Below are positions 37,587-46,478 of a stretch of DNA of 64,000 nucleotides, piece by piece. The translations under genes and the position numbers were made by a program. The number at the start of each line of letters is the position of its first letter. Within the stretch, counting starts at the first letter, position 1. Source of the DNA: Candidatus Aminicenans sakinawicola JGI OTU-1 (GTDB taxonomy: Bacteria > Acidobacteriota > Aminicenantia > Aminicenantales > Aminicenantaceae); NCBI GenBank assembly GCA_000493965.1, contig AWNV01000007.1:23351-87350 (forward strand), read 5' to 3'. Below the pieces are notes generated by a model. That model was not told where the DNA came from and did no database searches. It saw only the letters and a program-made list of their open reading frames with translations.

Positions 37587-39965
37587 ATGAAAAAATCCCA
37601 AGGGTATCTTTCATTAAGCTTATTCTTATTACTTTCCATTGCTATTGCTTTATACTTATCTCTCTATTTCCAGTCATCTTCTTTTACAATTGTCAATCAT
37701 TCCTATGTTTTCTCGCCTTTGCTCTTTGTGATTCTTATGGCAGGGGCGTTTTCCATACTGGTTTTAATCCGGCTTTCATTGAAACGTTTTGATAAAAAAT
37801 ATTTCAATATAGATCAATCTTCCCATGGCATAGGAAATCTTCTTCCTTATCTTCCTCTTTGCTTTTTCTTTCTTGCCCCCATTCTTCTTGAATATTATCT
37901 GAATAAGAATGACCTGAAAGTTCGATTGAATCTTTTGGCTTTCTCTTTGCTTTGCTGTTTTGTCTATTTGATACTGGTTCGATCGAATCGATATTTGATA
38001 GTCAAATATTTTCTTGAGAAGACAGTAAAAAAATTTAGCGGTTTATCCATCAAAAAAAGGCTTTTAGTGCTTTTTTGCCTGGCTTTTGTCATTTACAACG
38101 GCTGTACTTTTATCCTTGTATCAAAAGGAATTTCTTTTTCCGGAGATGAACCTTACTATCTCCTGACAACCCACAGCCTGCTTAAAGATAAAGATATTAA
38201 TGTTGCCAACAATTATGCTAACCGCGATTATTACTCTTTTTATTCCAAGGAAGAAATTCCACGCTTCAGATTAGGGATGTATGCACGGGCTGGCAGAAAA
38301 GGTGGGGAATATATATATCCCATTAATTTGCCCGGGGTTTCATTCCTGATGCTTCCGTTTTACTGGTTAAGCCAGTTTTTTAGTGGAAAGGTTCTTACGT
38401 TTATATTGAAAGGAAGCCTCTCTATATGGGCAGCTTTGCTGGGTGTACAGCTCTATCTTCTCTCAAAAGAACTGTGGCAGAAGGAAAAGGTTTCTCTTAT
38501 TCTTTGGTTCTTCTATTCCTTTTCTTCCCCAGTGCTTTTTTATGCAATTCATCTCTATCCTGAAATTCCTATTGCTCTTTTCTCGATTATCATTTACCGC
38601 AAAATCCGTTCAGAAAAGCATCTTTCCATTTTCAACTATTTTTTTCTTGGCTTTCTCCTGTCATCGTTTTTCTGGTTTGGCTTGAAGTACAACATGATAT
38701 TCTGGCCTCTTCTTATTGTGTCTGTGTATTTTCTTTTAAAAAACCATAAAGCCAGGCTGAAAATCCTCTGTTTTCTGGCCTTCCCTCTGTTGTCCCTGGC
38801 TCTTTTTTATTTATATCTGTACGAGATTTACGGCAGTTTTTATCCTTTTGCTATCTACGAGGGTGTTATGACCCCTGAAAAGATGCATGCATTCAAGCAG
38901 ACAGCCATGAATGTTCCGATATCGATGAGGATTGACACCCTATTCGACTATTTCCTTGATCAGAGAGATGGGATTCTCCTTTATGCCCCGTTTTATTTTT
39001 TCTTATTTCTCGGGTTAGTTGAATCCTTCCGCAGGGCGAAAAAGGACTTATTTATCCTGCTTTTTATCACACTGCCTTTTATCCTGAGCTACGCCTTTTT
39101 CACACATCGGCAGGGGTATTGTCCTCAGGGACGGATATTGGCCTCGATCTCCTGGGTTGGAGCTGTTTTTATCGGCTATTTTATCTTTCATAATAAGAGA
39201 AAAATTTATTCTTTCATTTTCTGGGTTTTTTGCCTAATAAGTCTTGGCACTGTTGTCATTCTCCTCGGGCACCCGGACTTTCTTTACCAGCCCACGACTC
39301 ACGAGTTTACTTCCAGGCCCGGAGGGATGTTTGCCTTCCTCAGTAATATCAATATTTTCCTTCCTAATTTTCTTCCATCTTTCATTAAGGTTAAAAACAC
39401 AGGATATTTACCAAATTATTTATGGGTCCTGGCTGTTATTGCCTTTGTTATAGTTTATGTTTTTATCAAAAGGAAAATTCACCTTAATTCTTACTTCCAT
39501 TTTTCTTTTTCGATTGTTCTGCTTGCCGTTTTTTTCTTTCTCTGGGTCCTTTACCCTCGACCTGTTCTTTATCCCCACCGCACTTTTCATTATTCAGTGC
39601 TGGAGTCTCTGGGTTTTTACTTTTTTCCAATGGGGAAAGGAGTAGTGGCAAATGATAGGGGAGAATTATACCTTCACAGGGAGGGTGCCTATAGAATCCT
39701 TTTCACTTCCAGGAGAAGGCTGGAAAAGGTCAAGCTGGTATTTGGTTCAGAGAGTGGCGGCTATGATGTCAAAATGTCTTGTTTTGATATCTCCTTTTTT
39801 AATGAAAAAACAACTTATGAGAAGAAAGAAATAACGCTGGAACTTCCTGCATACTATCCGTTTAAAAAACTCTATCTTTATGAGGTCAATCTTAACCTGA
39901 AAAAGCTCTCTTCTGAATCAATGCTCAAGACTCCTTACTTTTTCAAGCTTTTCCCCAGTAGATAA
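37587..39965 (+). CDS. GT-C-fold-like polytopic membrane protein, paralog 2
   Basis: FSGDEPYYLLTTHSL..DKDINVANNY; DQRDGILLYAP; same length as paralog 1 (792 aa). Confidence 0.75.
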   Translation: MKKSQGYLSLSLFLLLSIAIALYLSLYFQSSSFTIVNHSYVFSPLLFVILMAGAFSILVLIRLSLKRFDKKYFNIDQSSHGIGNLLPYLPLCFFFLAPILLEYYLNKNDLKVRLNLLAFSLLCCFVYLILVRSNRYLIVKYFLEKTVKKFSGLSIKKRLLVLFCLAFVIYNGCTFILVSKGISFSGDEPYYLLTTHSLLKDKDINVANNYANRDYYSFYSKEEIPRFRLGMYARAGRKGGEYIYPINLPGVSFLMLPFYWLSQFFSGKVLTFILKGSLSIWAALLGVQLYLLSKELWQKEKVSLILWFFYSFSSPVLFYAIHLYPEIPIALFSIIIYRKIRSEKHLSIFNYFFLGFLLSSFFWFGLKYNMIFWPLLIVSVYFLLKNHKARLKILCFLAFPLLSLALFYLYLYEIYGSFYPFAIYEGVMTPEKMHAFKQTAMNVPISMRIDTLFDYFLDQRDGILLYAPFYFFLFLGLVESFRRAKKDLFILLFITLPFILSYAFFTHRQGYCPQGRILASISWVGAVFIGYFIFHNKRKIYSFIFWVFCLISLGTVVILLGHPDFLYQPTTHEFTSRPGGMFAFLSNINIFLPNFLPSFIKVKNTGYLPNYLWVLAVIAFVIVYVFIKRKIHLNSYFHFSFSIVLLAVFFFLWVLYPRPVLYPHRTFHYSVLESLGFYFFPMGKGVVANDRGELYLHREGAYRILFTSRRRLEKVKLVFGSESGGYDVKMSCFDISFFNEKTTYEKKEITLELPAYYPFKKLYLYEVNLNLKKLSSESMLKTPYFFKLFPSR

Positions 39966-40002
39966 TGGGGATAATACGGTGGTCCTCATTTTCCCAGCCC
40001 GC

Positions 40003-40030
40003 TTGACAACATGAAATAAAATTCTATAAT
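40003..40030 (+). promoter_or_regulatory. Sigma70 consensus promoter of the asnA leader
   Basis: TTGACA(40003-40008)-16 nt-TATAAT(40025-40030); predicted +1 about 40037. Confidence 0.75.
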
Positions 40031-40036
40031 TGTTTC

Positions 40037-40141
40037 ATGCTTAACCGCAATGAACTTTGTAGTGTTGAAATAAGCACTCTTTTAATCAATAAAAACCATA
40101 ATAATAATTGGGCGGTTTCCTCCGCCCAAAAGTCCATTTAA
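40037..40141 (+). CDS. Asn-rich leader peptide (34 aa), probably leaderless
   Basis: MLNRNELCSVEISTLLINKNHNNNWAVSSAQKSI*; 7 Asn; ATG at the predicted TSS; directly upstream of asnA. Confidence 0.6.
   Translation: MLNRNELCSVEISTLLINKNHNNNWAVSSAQKSI
40108..40129 (+). promoter_or_regulatory. GC-rich hairpin in the asnA leader
   Basis: TTGGGCGG-TTTCCT-CCGCCCAA, a perfect 8-bp stem; no U-tract on the + strand. Confidence 0.6.
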
Positions 40142-40181
40142 TCCCCACTTCAATTTCTAATAAAAATATTAATGGAGAAAA

Positions 40182-41222
40182 ATGATGAAGAAGAATTGCA
40201 TAATTCCAAAAAATTACCAGCCTCTTCTGGATATTCAGGAAACAGAGAAAGCGATAAAGATAATTAAAGACTTTTTTCAGGTGAGCTTAGCAGAGGCATT
40301 AGATTTGAGGCGTGTCACAGCTCCTTTGTTTGTTAAAGCAGGGACAGGAATAAATGATGACCTTAACGGTGTGGAAAGGCCTATTTCTTTCCATATAAAA
40401 AACATAAATAACTCAAAGGCTGAAATCGTACAGTCATTGGCTAAATGGAAAAGGCTAACCCTTGCCAGTTTAAATATCAATATGGGCAAAGGTATATATA
40501 CGGATATGAATGCCATCCGACCAGATGAAATCCTTGACAATTTACATTCTCTTTATGTTGACCAGTGGGACTGGGAAAGAGTGATCTCAAAAGAAGAAAG
40601 AAATTTGAATTTTTTAAAAAACATTGTGAGAAAGACATACAATGTATTGAAAAAGACAGAATATTTTGTATGTAAGAGCTATCCCAAAATCAAACCTGTT
40701 CTCCCTGATAATATTTTATTTATTCATTCAAAGGAGCTGGAAAAAAGATATCCGAAAATGTCCCCAGAAAAAAGAGAAGATGCCATATGTCATGAATTTG
40801 GAGCAGTTTTTATCATTGGAATCGGTGCGCCTCTAAAAAACGGCAAACCTCATGATGGCAGAGCACCTGACTATGATGATTGGACAACCCCTACAGAAGA
40901 GGGGCCGGGTCTCAATGGAGATATAATTGTCTGGTATCCGGCTCTAGAAAAGGCCTTTGAAATATCTTCAATGGGGATTCGGGTAGATGAACAAACATTG
41001 GAAAAACAGCTTGAAATGACCGGAACAACTGAAAGAAGAAAATTATTTTTCCATAAAAAATTACTGAAAGGAGAATTGCCTCTTTCCATTGGCGGTGGTA
41101 TTGGACAATCAAGGCTCTGTATGTTTTTTCTGAGAAAAGCTCACATCGGAGAGATCCAGGTGAGCATATGGAAAGAAGAGATAATAGAAGAATGCCAGAA
41201 GAATAATATTTTTCTCTTATAG
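40182..41222 (+). CDS. asnA: Aspartate--ammonia ligase (asparagine synthetase A)
   Basis: GINDDLNG.E, VQSLAKWKR, HSLYVDQWDWE, HDGRAPDYDDW and SIGGGIGQSRL motifs. Confidence 0.96.
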   Translation: MMKKNCIIPKNYQPLLDIQETEKAIKIIKDFFQVSLAEALDLRRVTAPLFVKAGTGINDDLNGVERPISFHIKNINNSKAEIVQSLAKWKRLTLASLNINMGKGIYTDMNAIRPDEILDNLHSLYVDQWDWERVISKEERNLNFLKNIVRKTYNVLKKTEYFVCKSYPKIKPVLPDNILFIHSKELEKRYPKMSPEKREDAICHEFGAVFIIGIGAPLKNGKPHDGRAPDYDDWTTPTEEGPGLNGDIIVWYPALEKAFEISSMGIRVDEQTLEKQLEMTGTTERRKLFFHKKLLKGELPLSIGGGIGQSRLCMFFLRKAHIGEIQVSIWKEEIIEECQKNNIFLL

Positions 41223-41258
41223 GAATTCTCCCGAAAGTCGTGAAGAATGGTTGAATAG

Positions 41259-41285
41259 ATCAATTATTTCTGATGGCCCGTCCCC
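41259..41285 (+). repeat. REP-like motif family GGCCCGTCCCC, copy 1
   Basis: ATCAATTATTTCTGATGGCCCGTCCCC; 26/27 identical to 46290-46316. Confidence 0.8.
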
Positions 41286-41292
41286 ATTTTCC

Positions 41293-42297
41293 TTAGATAA
41301 ATCGGGGATAGGCATTTAAATCCAGCACGAAACAGCTTTTTTCGCCGCTTTTTATTTTTTCTAAAGCAAGAGCCGCAACCATAGCCGCATTGTCAGTACA
41401 GAATTGAGGGGATGGGACATATGATTTGAGCCTGTGCTTTTGAGCAAGTTCTGCAAGATGTTTCCTTAACTTTTTGTTGCTGGCAACTCCTCCGCAGAGC
41501 AATAGTGATTCAGGGCTGTAATCCTGGATAGCCTTAGACATGTTTGAGAGTAAAGCACGTATGACGGCTCTTTCAAAGCTGGCCAGGAAGTCAATGAAAA
41601 GGGGGTGGTTTTTCGTAATATTATGCTCTTTGATTTTTCTAAGGGCTGCTGTTTTGAGCCCGCTAAAACTGAAGTCGAGGCTTTTGTCTGTCATATGTGG
41701 TATGGCAAAGCTGAATTTTCCCGGGTCCCCACTTTCTGCCAGCCTGTCGACAATTTGCCCGCCTGGATAGCCAAGATCAAGAAACTTCGCAATTTTGTCC
41801 AAAGCTTCTCCTGCGGCATCATCCCGAGTCCTTCCGATGACCTTGTAATCCAGTTTTTTCTTCAAAAAGTAAAGGGACGTATGGCCTCCTGAGACCAAAA
41901 GGGCCAGAGCAGGGAATGGAATGTTACTGTGTTCCAGGAAAACAGATTGGATATGAGCTTCAAGGTGATCGATGGGCACAAGGGGTTTTTCGAAATAATA
42001 GGATAGGCCCTTTGCAAAAGAGAGCCCTACCAGAAGGGATCCGATCAAGCCCGGCCCCTGTGTTACGGCAAAAGCATCAATGTCCTCAAGCTTAAGATTG
42101 GCGCGTCTCAAGCTCTCGTCAACAACGTATGTGATGGACGTGATATGCTGTCGTGATGCAAGCTCAGGCACGACACCACCGTAGGGTGCATGAATTTTAT
42201 CCTGGGACAAGACAACCGAACTCAGGATTTTAAATCCATCTGTTACAGCAGAGGCTGAGGTCTCATCGCAGGATGTTTCAATACCTAATATTATCAT
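41293..42297 (-). CDS. tsaD: tRNA N6-adenosine threonylcarbamoyltransferase TsaD
   Basis: GIETSCDET, HAPYGGVVPELASRQH, HLEAH, SGGHT, DDAAGEALDK and TDNAAM motifs. Confidence 0.96.
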   Translation of the reverse strand: MIILGIETSCDETSASAVTDGFKILSSVVLSQDKIHAPYGGVVPELASRQHITSITYVVDESLRRANLKLEDIDAFAVTQGPGLIGSLLVGLSFAKGLSYYFEKPLVPIDHLEAHIQSVFLEHSNIPFPALALLVSGGHTSLYFLKKKLDYKVIGRTRDDAAGEALDKIAKFLDLGYPGGQIVDRLAESGDPGKFSFAIPHMTDKSLDFSFSGLKTAALRKIKEHNITKNHPLFIDFLASFERAVIRALLSNMSKAIQDYSPESLLLCGGVASNKKLRKHLAELAQKHRLKSYVPSPQFCTDNAAMVAALALEKIKSGEKSCFVLDLNAYPRFI

Positions 42298-42312
42298 TAT
42301 ATTATCATTGCC

Positions 42313-43347
42313 CTAAATCTTTTTTCGTATTTCTTCCAGGCTTTTTTCAAAAGGAGGCCGGGCAATTCCTTTCTCTGTTATTATAGCTGAAATGAGCTTT
42401 GCTGGCGTTACATCAAAGGCAGGATTGCGCACCTCTATATGAGGCAGTGAAATAAGGCAGCCCCTGATATTCCTTACTTCACTGGGATTTCTTTCTTCGA
42501 TAGGAATCTCACTTCCATTTAAGAGATCAAAGTCAACAGTGTTTAAAGGAGCAGCAATGTAGAAAGGAAGACCGTGCTCTTTGGCTAACACAGCCAGAGA
42601 ATATGTCCCAATCTTATTTGCTGTATCCCCATTACGGGCAATCCTGTCTGCCCCTGTTATAACTAATGAAATCGTCCCTTTTTGCATGAAGTAACCGGCC
42701 ATGTTATCGGTTATTAAAATCACAGGAATATTATCTTTATCGAGCTCCCAGCATGTTAGTCTTGCCCCTTGAAGAAGGGGCCTGGTTTCATCTGCATAGA
42801 CAGTTATGTCTTTCCCATCATGAAAGGCTGCACGGATAACCCCGAGCGCAGTCCCGTAGCCCGCAGTCGCCAGGGCTCCGGCATTGCAGTGCGTAAGGAC
42901 AGATTGACCGTCTTTTATCAACTCTTTCCCCAAAAAACCGATCCTCTTATTGATTTTGATATCGTCATCTTCGATTGATAGGGCTTTTTTCAGCATAATT
43001 TCTTTAAGTTCAGAGAGACTAAGATTACGGTTTTTTAAAAATGTCTCTTTCATACGTTCGAGGGCCCAGAAAAGGTTGCGTGCAGTTGGCCGTGTTTTCT
43101 CGAGGCGCTGATAAATTCGGTTGAATTCTTCATCAAGGTTGGTCTTCTCATCAATGTTCATTACACCGATAGCCACTCCAAAGGCAGCAGCCACTCCTAT
43201 AGCTGGAGCCCCTCGGATAACCATGTTTTCTATAGCCTCGGCAACCTGATTAAAGTCCGTACATTTTACATAGACTTCTTCATCAGGAAGTTTTCTCTGG
43301 TCTATCATAATGACTTTATCTTTTTCCCATTGAATCGTTGGCAGCAT
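42313..43347 (-). CDS. mtnA: S-methyl-5-thioribose-1-phosphate isomerase
   Basis: IRGAPAIG, TRPTARNL, THCNAGALAT, ETRP.LQG.RLT and NPAFDVTP motifs. Confidence 0.95.
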   Translation of the reverse strand: MLPTIQWEKDKVIMIDQRKLPDEEVYVKCTDFNQVAEAIENMVIRGAPAIGVAAAFGVAIGVMNIDEKTNLDEEFNRIYQRLEKTRPTARNLFWALERMKETFLKNRNLSLSELKEIMLKKALSIEDDDIKINKRIGFLGKELIKDGQSVLTHCNAGALATAGYGTALGVIRAAFHDGKDITVYADETRPLLQGARLTCWELDKDNIPVILITDNMAGYFMQKGTISLVITGADRIARNGDTANKIGTYSLAVLAKEHGLPFYIAAPLNTVDFDLLNGSEIPIEERNPSEVRNIRGCLISLPHIEVRNPAFDVTPAKLISAIITEKGIARPPFEKSLEEIRKKI

Positions 43348-43350
43348 TCT

Positions 43351-44196
43351 CTACCTCTTTTTCCAGCTAGGAGTCTCAGGTCCTTCCCAGTTCCACTTTT
43401 CCATCCATTTAAGATAGAGGGAATTAAAGTATTCCCAATCTTTGGGGGATAATTCTTCTTTCAATTTGCGATGGCAAAAGATGATCTGATTATCATTATC
43501 CCTCAGTGTCTTTTCTGTTGGAAGCCCGAGTTCTTTCGCCATAACGGCCTCTTCAAAGCTCTTCCTATAGTCTTCAATATGGCTGTATACTTGAGATTGG
43601 ATATAATGATAGAAACCGCAGCTTAGGTCCTTGTTTGTAAGCTTTTCAGCAGTCTTGAGGAGATCTGCCAGTATTTTCTCCCTTTCTTTGCCTTTTTTCG
43701 GAAGCGCTTTTTTTAACATGATATCTGAATATCTCTGGGCGGCTAAGAGGCAGACTTGTTTAAAATTTGACTTGTTTAATAGATAAACATAGATCTTTAA
43801 ACAGGAGTCTTCAAGGCCGGTTTCCTGAAGCGAGACCCCCAGCCCATAAAGTGAAAGCTGTTTAGCCCAGTCTTCTCCCTTTTCAAAACCGTATGAGAAG
43901 GCTTGCAAAAAACTTTCCTCGGCTTCCTCTCTTAACTCCAGGTTGAGTTCCGCCATTCCTTTTAACATATAGGCCTGGGAAGACGGATGTTTTGCCACTT
44001 CGAGTTTCGCTTCAATCAGTGCTCTTTTAAAAGAAGCCAGAGATTTCTCTTCCTTATAGACGCGGGAGAGTTTTTCTCCCTGGGTATAATAAAACTTGGC
44101 TTCCTTAAGATGGGAAACACAGGAAGAAAGAAAAAAAGAGCATATCAGAATATACAGGAATGCGGCAGTCTTTGCTGGACAAAAGCGTCTGTTCAT
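43351..44196 (-). CDS. Hypothetical TPR-like lipoprotein
   Basis: Lipobox FLSS-C; helical TPR-like repeats. Confidence 0.7.
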   Translation of the reverse strand: MNRRFCPAKTAAFLYILICSFFLSSCVSHLKEAKFYYTQGEKLSRVYKEEKSLASFKRALIEAKLEVAKHPSSQAYMLKGMAELNLELREEAEESFLQAFSYGFEKGEDWAKQLSLYGLGVSLQETGLEDSCLKIYVYLLNKSNFKQVCLLAAQRYSDIMLKKALPKKGKEREKILADLLKTAEKLTNKDLSCGFYHYIQSQVYSHIEDYRKSFEEAVMAKELGLPTEKTLRDNDNQIIFCHRKLKEELSPKDWEYFNSLYLKWMEKWNWEGPETPSWKKR

Positions 44197-44774
44197 TTTT
44201 CTTGATTATTTTTTTTAACAAGTTCTTTTATAGCTTTCTGGACATCTGTGCGGGAAAATAAGTCAGAACCAATTGACACCATCTCATCGGCAAATGTCTT
44301 CAAGCCTTCAAGAAGCCGTGTCTTTGCTTGGATTGTTTCAACGTCTTCTCTGGCTTGACTGACTTTTGCATCGAATTCTTTAACGATTTTTCTAAATTCT
44401 CCGGTTTTCAGCTCTTGATGGAAAAAGGCCGAAAGGAAGGGGTCTTCAAGACCAATAACAGGGTAAAGGCGGCTGAAAGCCTGCCTTAACGTACTAAAAT
44501 CCCTTCTTTTAATCTCATCTCTGTATGCCTTATACAAAGCAGGATTATTTTTAAAAAAACTATAAATAAATTCCTCAGACTTTACCTCTATAATTCCCGG
44601 GTCTGGCCAGACTTTCCATGAAAAAATATTCTCTTTCCACTCTTTTGTTCTTTTTATTGCCCAGCTCAAAGAAGAAGAAAGAAGAGGAAAATATAGATAG
44701 CTTTTATGAGGCAGTAATTCTGAGAGCAGCTCAACGGCATTGCTGAGAATTGTTTCGGCACGGGATTTTATCAT
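44193..44774 (-). CDS. Hypothetical protein (193 aa)
   Basis: ORF overlapping the next gene by 4 nt; no family recognised. Confidence 0.65.
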   Translation of the reverse strand: MIKSRAETILSNAVELLSELLPHKSYLYFPLLSSSLSWAIKRTKEWKENIFSWKVWPDPGIIEVKSEEFIYSFFKNNPALYKAYRDEIKRRDFSTLRQAFSRLYPVIGLEDPFLSAFFHQELKTGEFRKIVKEFDAKVSQAREDVETIQAKTRLLEGLKTFADEMVSIGSDLFSRTDVQKAIKELVKKNNQEK

Positions 44775-44981
44775 TTTTCTATAATATAATCATTAACTTA
44801 AAAAGAGTAAAGTTTAATATGATTTAAATTGTTTCAAAGCAGACAATCTGATGTTTTGACTGTGTGATTAGCAAGAGGATGAACAAGCAGAGCAGTGTTT
44901 GCGGCTTGACTTTTAGGCTGGACTGAAGTAATTTTTAGGATAGAGAGATACAAGAAATAATAAGTCCTCAAGGAGATTTAA

Positions 44982-45182
44982 ATGTTTTTATTTGGACCGG
45001 TTGGACCGACGGAACTTATTCTCATTGTCCTGATTATTGTAATTATTTTTGGTGCTCGGAAACTGCCAGAATTGGGAAAATCCATGGGAGAGGGCATAAA
45101 GAATTTTAAGAAATCTATAAGCTCGAAGGAAAAGGATGAAGAACTCCCTCCCGATAAGCCAAAACCTCCTGATAAGGAATGA
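44982..45182 (+). CDS. tatA: Twin-arginine translocase TatA/E
   Basis: GPTELILIVLIIVIIFGARKLPELGKSMGEGIKNFK; RBS AAGGAG. Confidence 0.93.
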   Translation: MFLFGPVGPTELILIVLIIVIIFGARKLPELGKSMGEGIKNFKKSISSKEKDEELPPDKPKPPDKE

Positions 45183-46279
45183 TGAAACGCATCATTGAGA
45201 AACTTACTCTGCAGAGAAAAGAGAAAGAAGGGGATTTTGAGAAAAAGCTAGAAAGTGTCAAAAAAGAGTTTGATGATTTTTACGATGTAAAAAACGTTCT
45301 CAAACTCCAGGATATTATCTCCCGCCTCGAAGAAATTATTCTTTCACTATTTGACCTTATCCAGATTCAGGCTGAACTTGTCGATGCAAAGGATCGAGAG
45401 TGGGATGCTCTTGGAAGCAACCATGTGGGTATGATTTTTAAAAGCATGGAATGGCGGGTGGATAAATTGGCCGCCGAGTACAAGGATGCAAACCTCCTGA
45501 TGAAAAAGTTCATTCTTCTTAAAGAAAAATTGAATCGACTGCTTGTCGCCTTGGGAAAAAATGAGGTTCCTACACAGGATCAAGTCAAAGATGTTCTTGT
45601 TCCACTGGAAGAATGGCGGTATGCAGGGTTTGAAAATCGTTATAGAGGTTCAGAAGAAGAGGTTAAAAAACAGCAGAGAGATTATGTCCAGTTTTTTGAA
45701 GGAAAGGGGAAAGTGCTGGATTTGGGCTGCGGCCGCGGCGAGTTTATAGAGCTTCTTGAAGAAAACGGTATAGAATGTGAAGGCATCGATGTCAACGACC
45801 AGATGATTAGCATTTGCCGTGATAAAGGCTTTAACTGTAATAAATCCGACATCTTGGAAAAGCTAACTTCCTGTCCTGATAATTCACTCGCAGGTATATT
45901 TTCATCCCAGGTCATAGAGCATTTAGCCCCCTCATATTTGAGAAGAATGATAGAGATTACTTATTTCAAGATCGCTTCGCCAGGTTACATCGTCCTTGAA
46001 ACAATAAATCCGACCTCTGTTTTTGCCCTTGTTCAGATATATTTTTTGGACATAACACATCAGAAACCGATCCATCCGCAGGCGCTTAAGTTTTTACTCG
46101 AAAGCGCCGGGTTTGAAGATGTTGAGATTAAATATTCCGCCCCACTGGAACAGGAGAAGCTGCAAATACTGCCCGGTGCGGATGAGATCACATCTGTTCA
46201 GAATAAAAACATCGACAATTTAAATAAGTTACTCTATTCTCCACCAAACTATGCAGCCATTGGGTGTAAAAAAAACTAA
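45179..46279 (+). CDS. Class I SAM methyltransferase with N-terminal coiled coil (glycan-capping type)
   Basis: VLDLGCGRGEF; QVIEHL; ETINP; DITH.KP.HP. Confidence 0.85.
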   Translation: MMKRIIEKLTLQRKEKEGDFEKKLESVKKEFDDFYDVKNVLKLQDIISRLEEIILSLFDLIQIQAELVDAKDREWDALGSNHVGMIFKSMEWRVDKLAAEYKDANLLMKKFILLKEKLNRLLVALGKNEVPTQDQVKDVLVPLEEWRYAGFENRYRGSEEEVKKQQRDYVQFFEGKGKVLDLGCGRGEFIELLEENGIECEGIDVNDQMISICRDKGFNCNKSDILEKLTSCPDNSLAGIFSSQVIEHLAPSYLRRMIEITYFKIASPGYIVLETINPTSVFALVQIYFLDITHQKPIHPQALKFLLESAGFEDVEIKYSAPLEQEKLQILPGADEITSVQNKNIDNLNKLLYSPPNYAAIGCKKN

Positions 46280-46289
46280 ATTATTATTT

Positions 46290-46338
46290 ATCAATCATTT
46301 CTGATGGCCCGTCCCCGTTATCAAAGGTACCTGGTACC
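46290..46338 (+). repeat. Adjacent copies of both REP-like families
   Basis: ATCAATCATTTCTGATGGCCCGTCCCC (46290-46316) followed by GGTACCTGGTACC (46326-46338). Confidence 0.8.
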
Positions 46339-46478
46339 ATTTTTCAGCAGGCAGCTTGTAAAAAATTTGTATTATTGCTAGTATTATTAGCCAGATAGCG
46401 CAACTGAAAAGAGTAATAAGCTCAATATAAGATAATAATCTCAATATAAATAAGAAAGGTGAGAAAAGGAGACACGAA

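Noticed and set aside
40037-40181. T-box riboswitch or intrinsic terminator upstream of asnA
   Set aside because: No T-box consensus (AAnnnGGGTGGnACC-like) and the leader is too short; the hairpin lacks a + strand U-tract.
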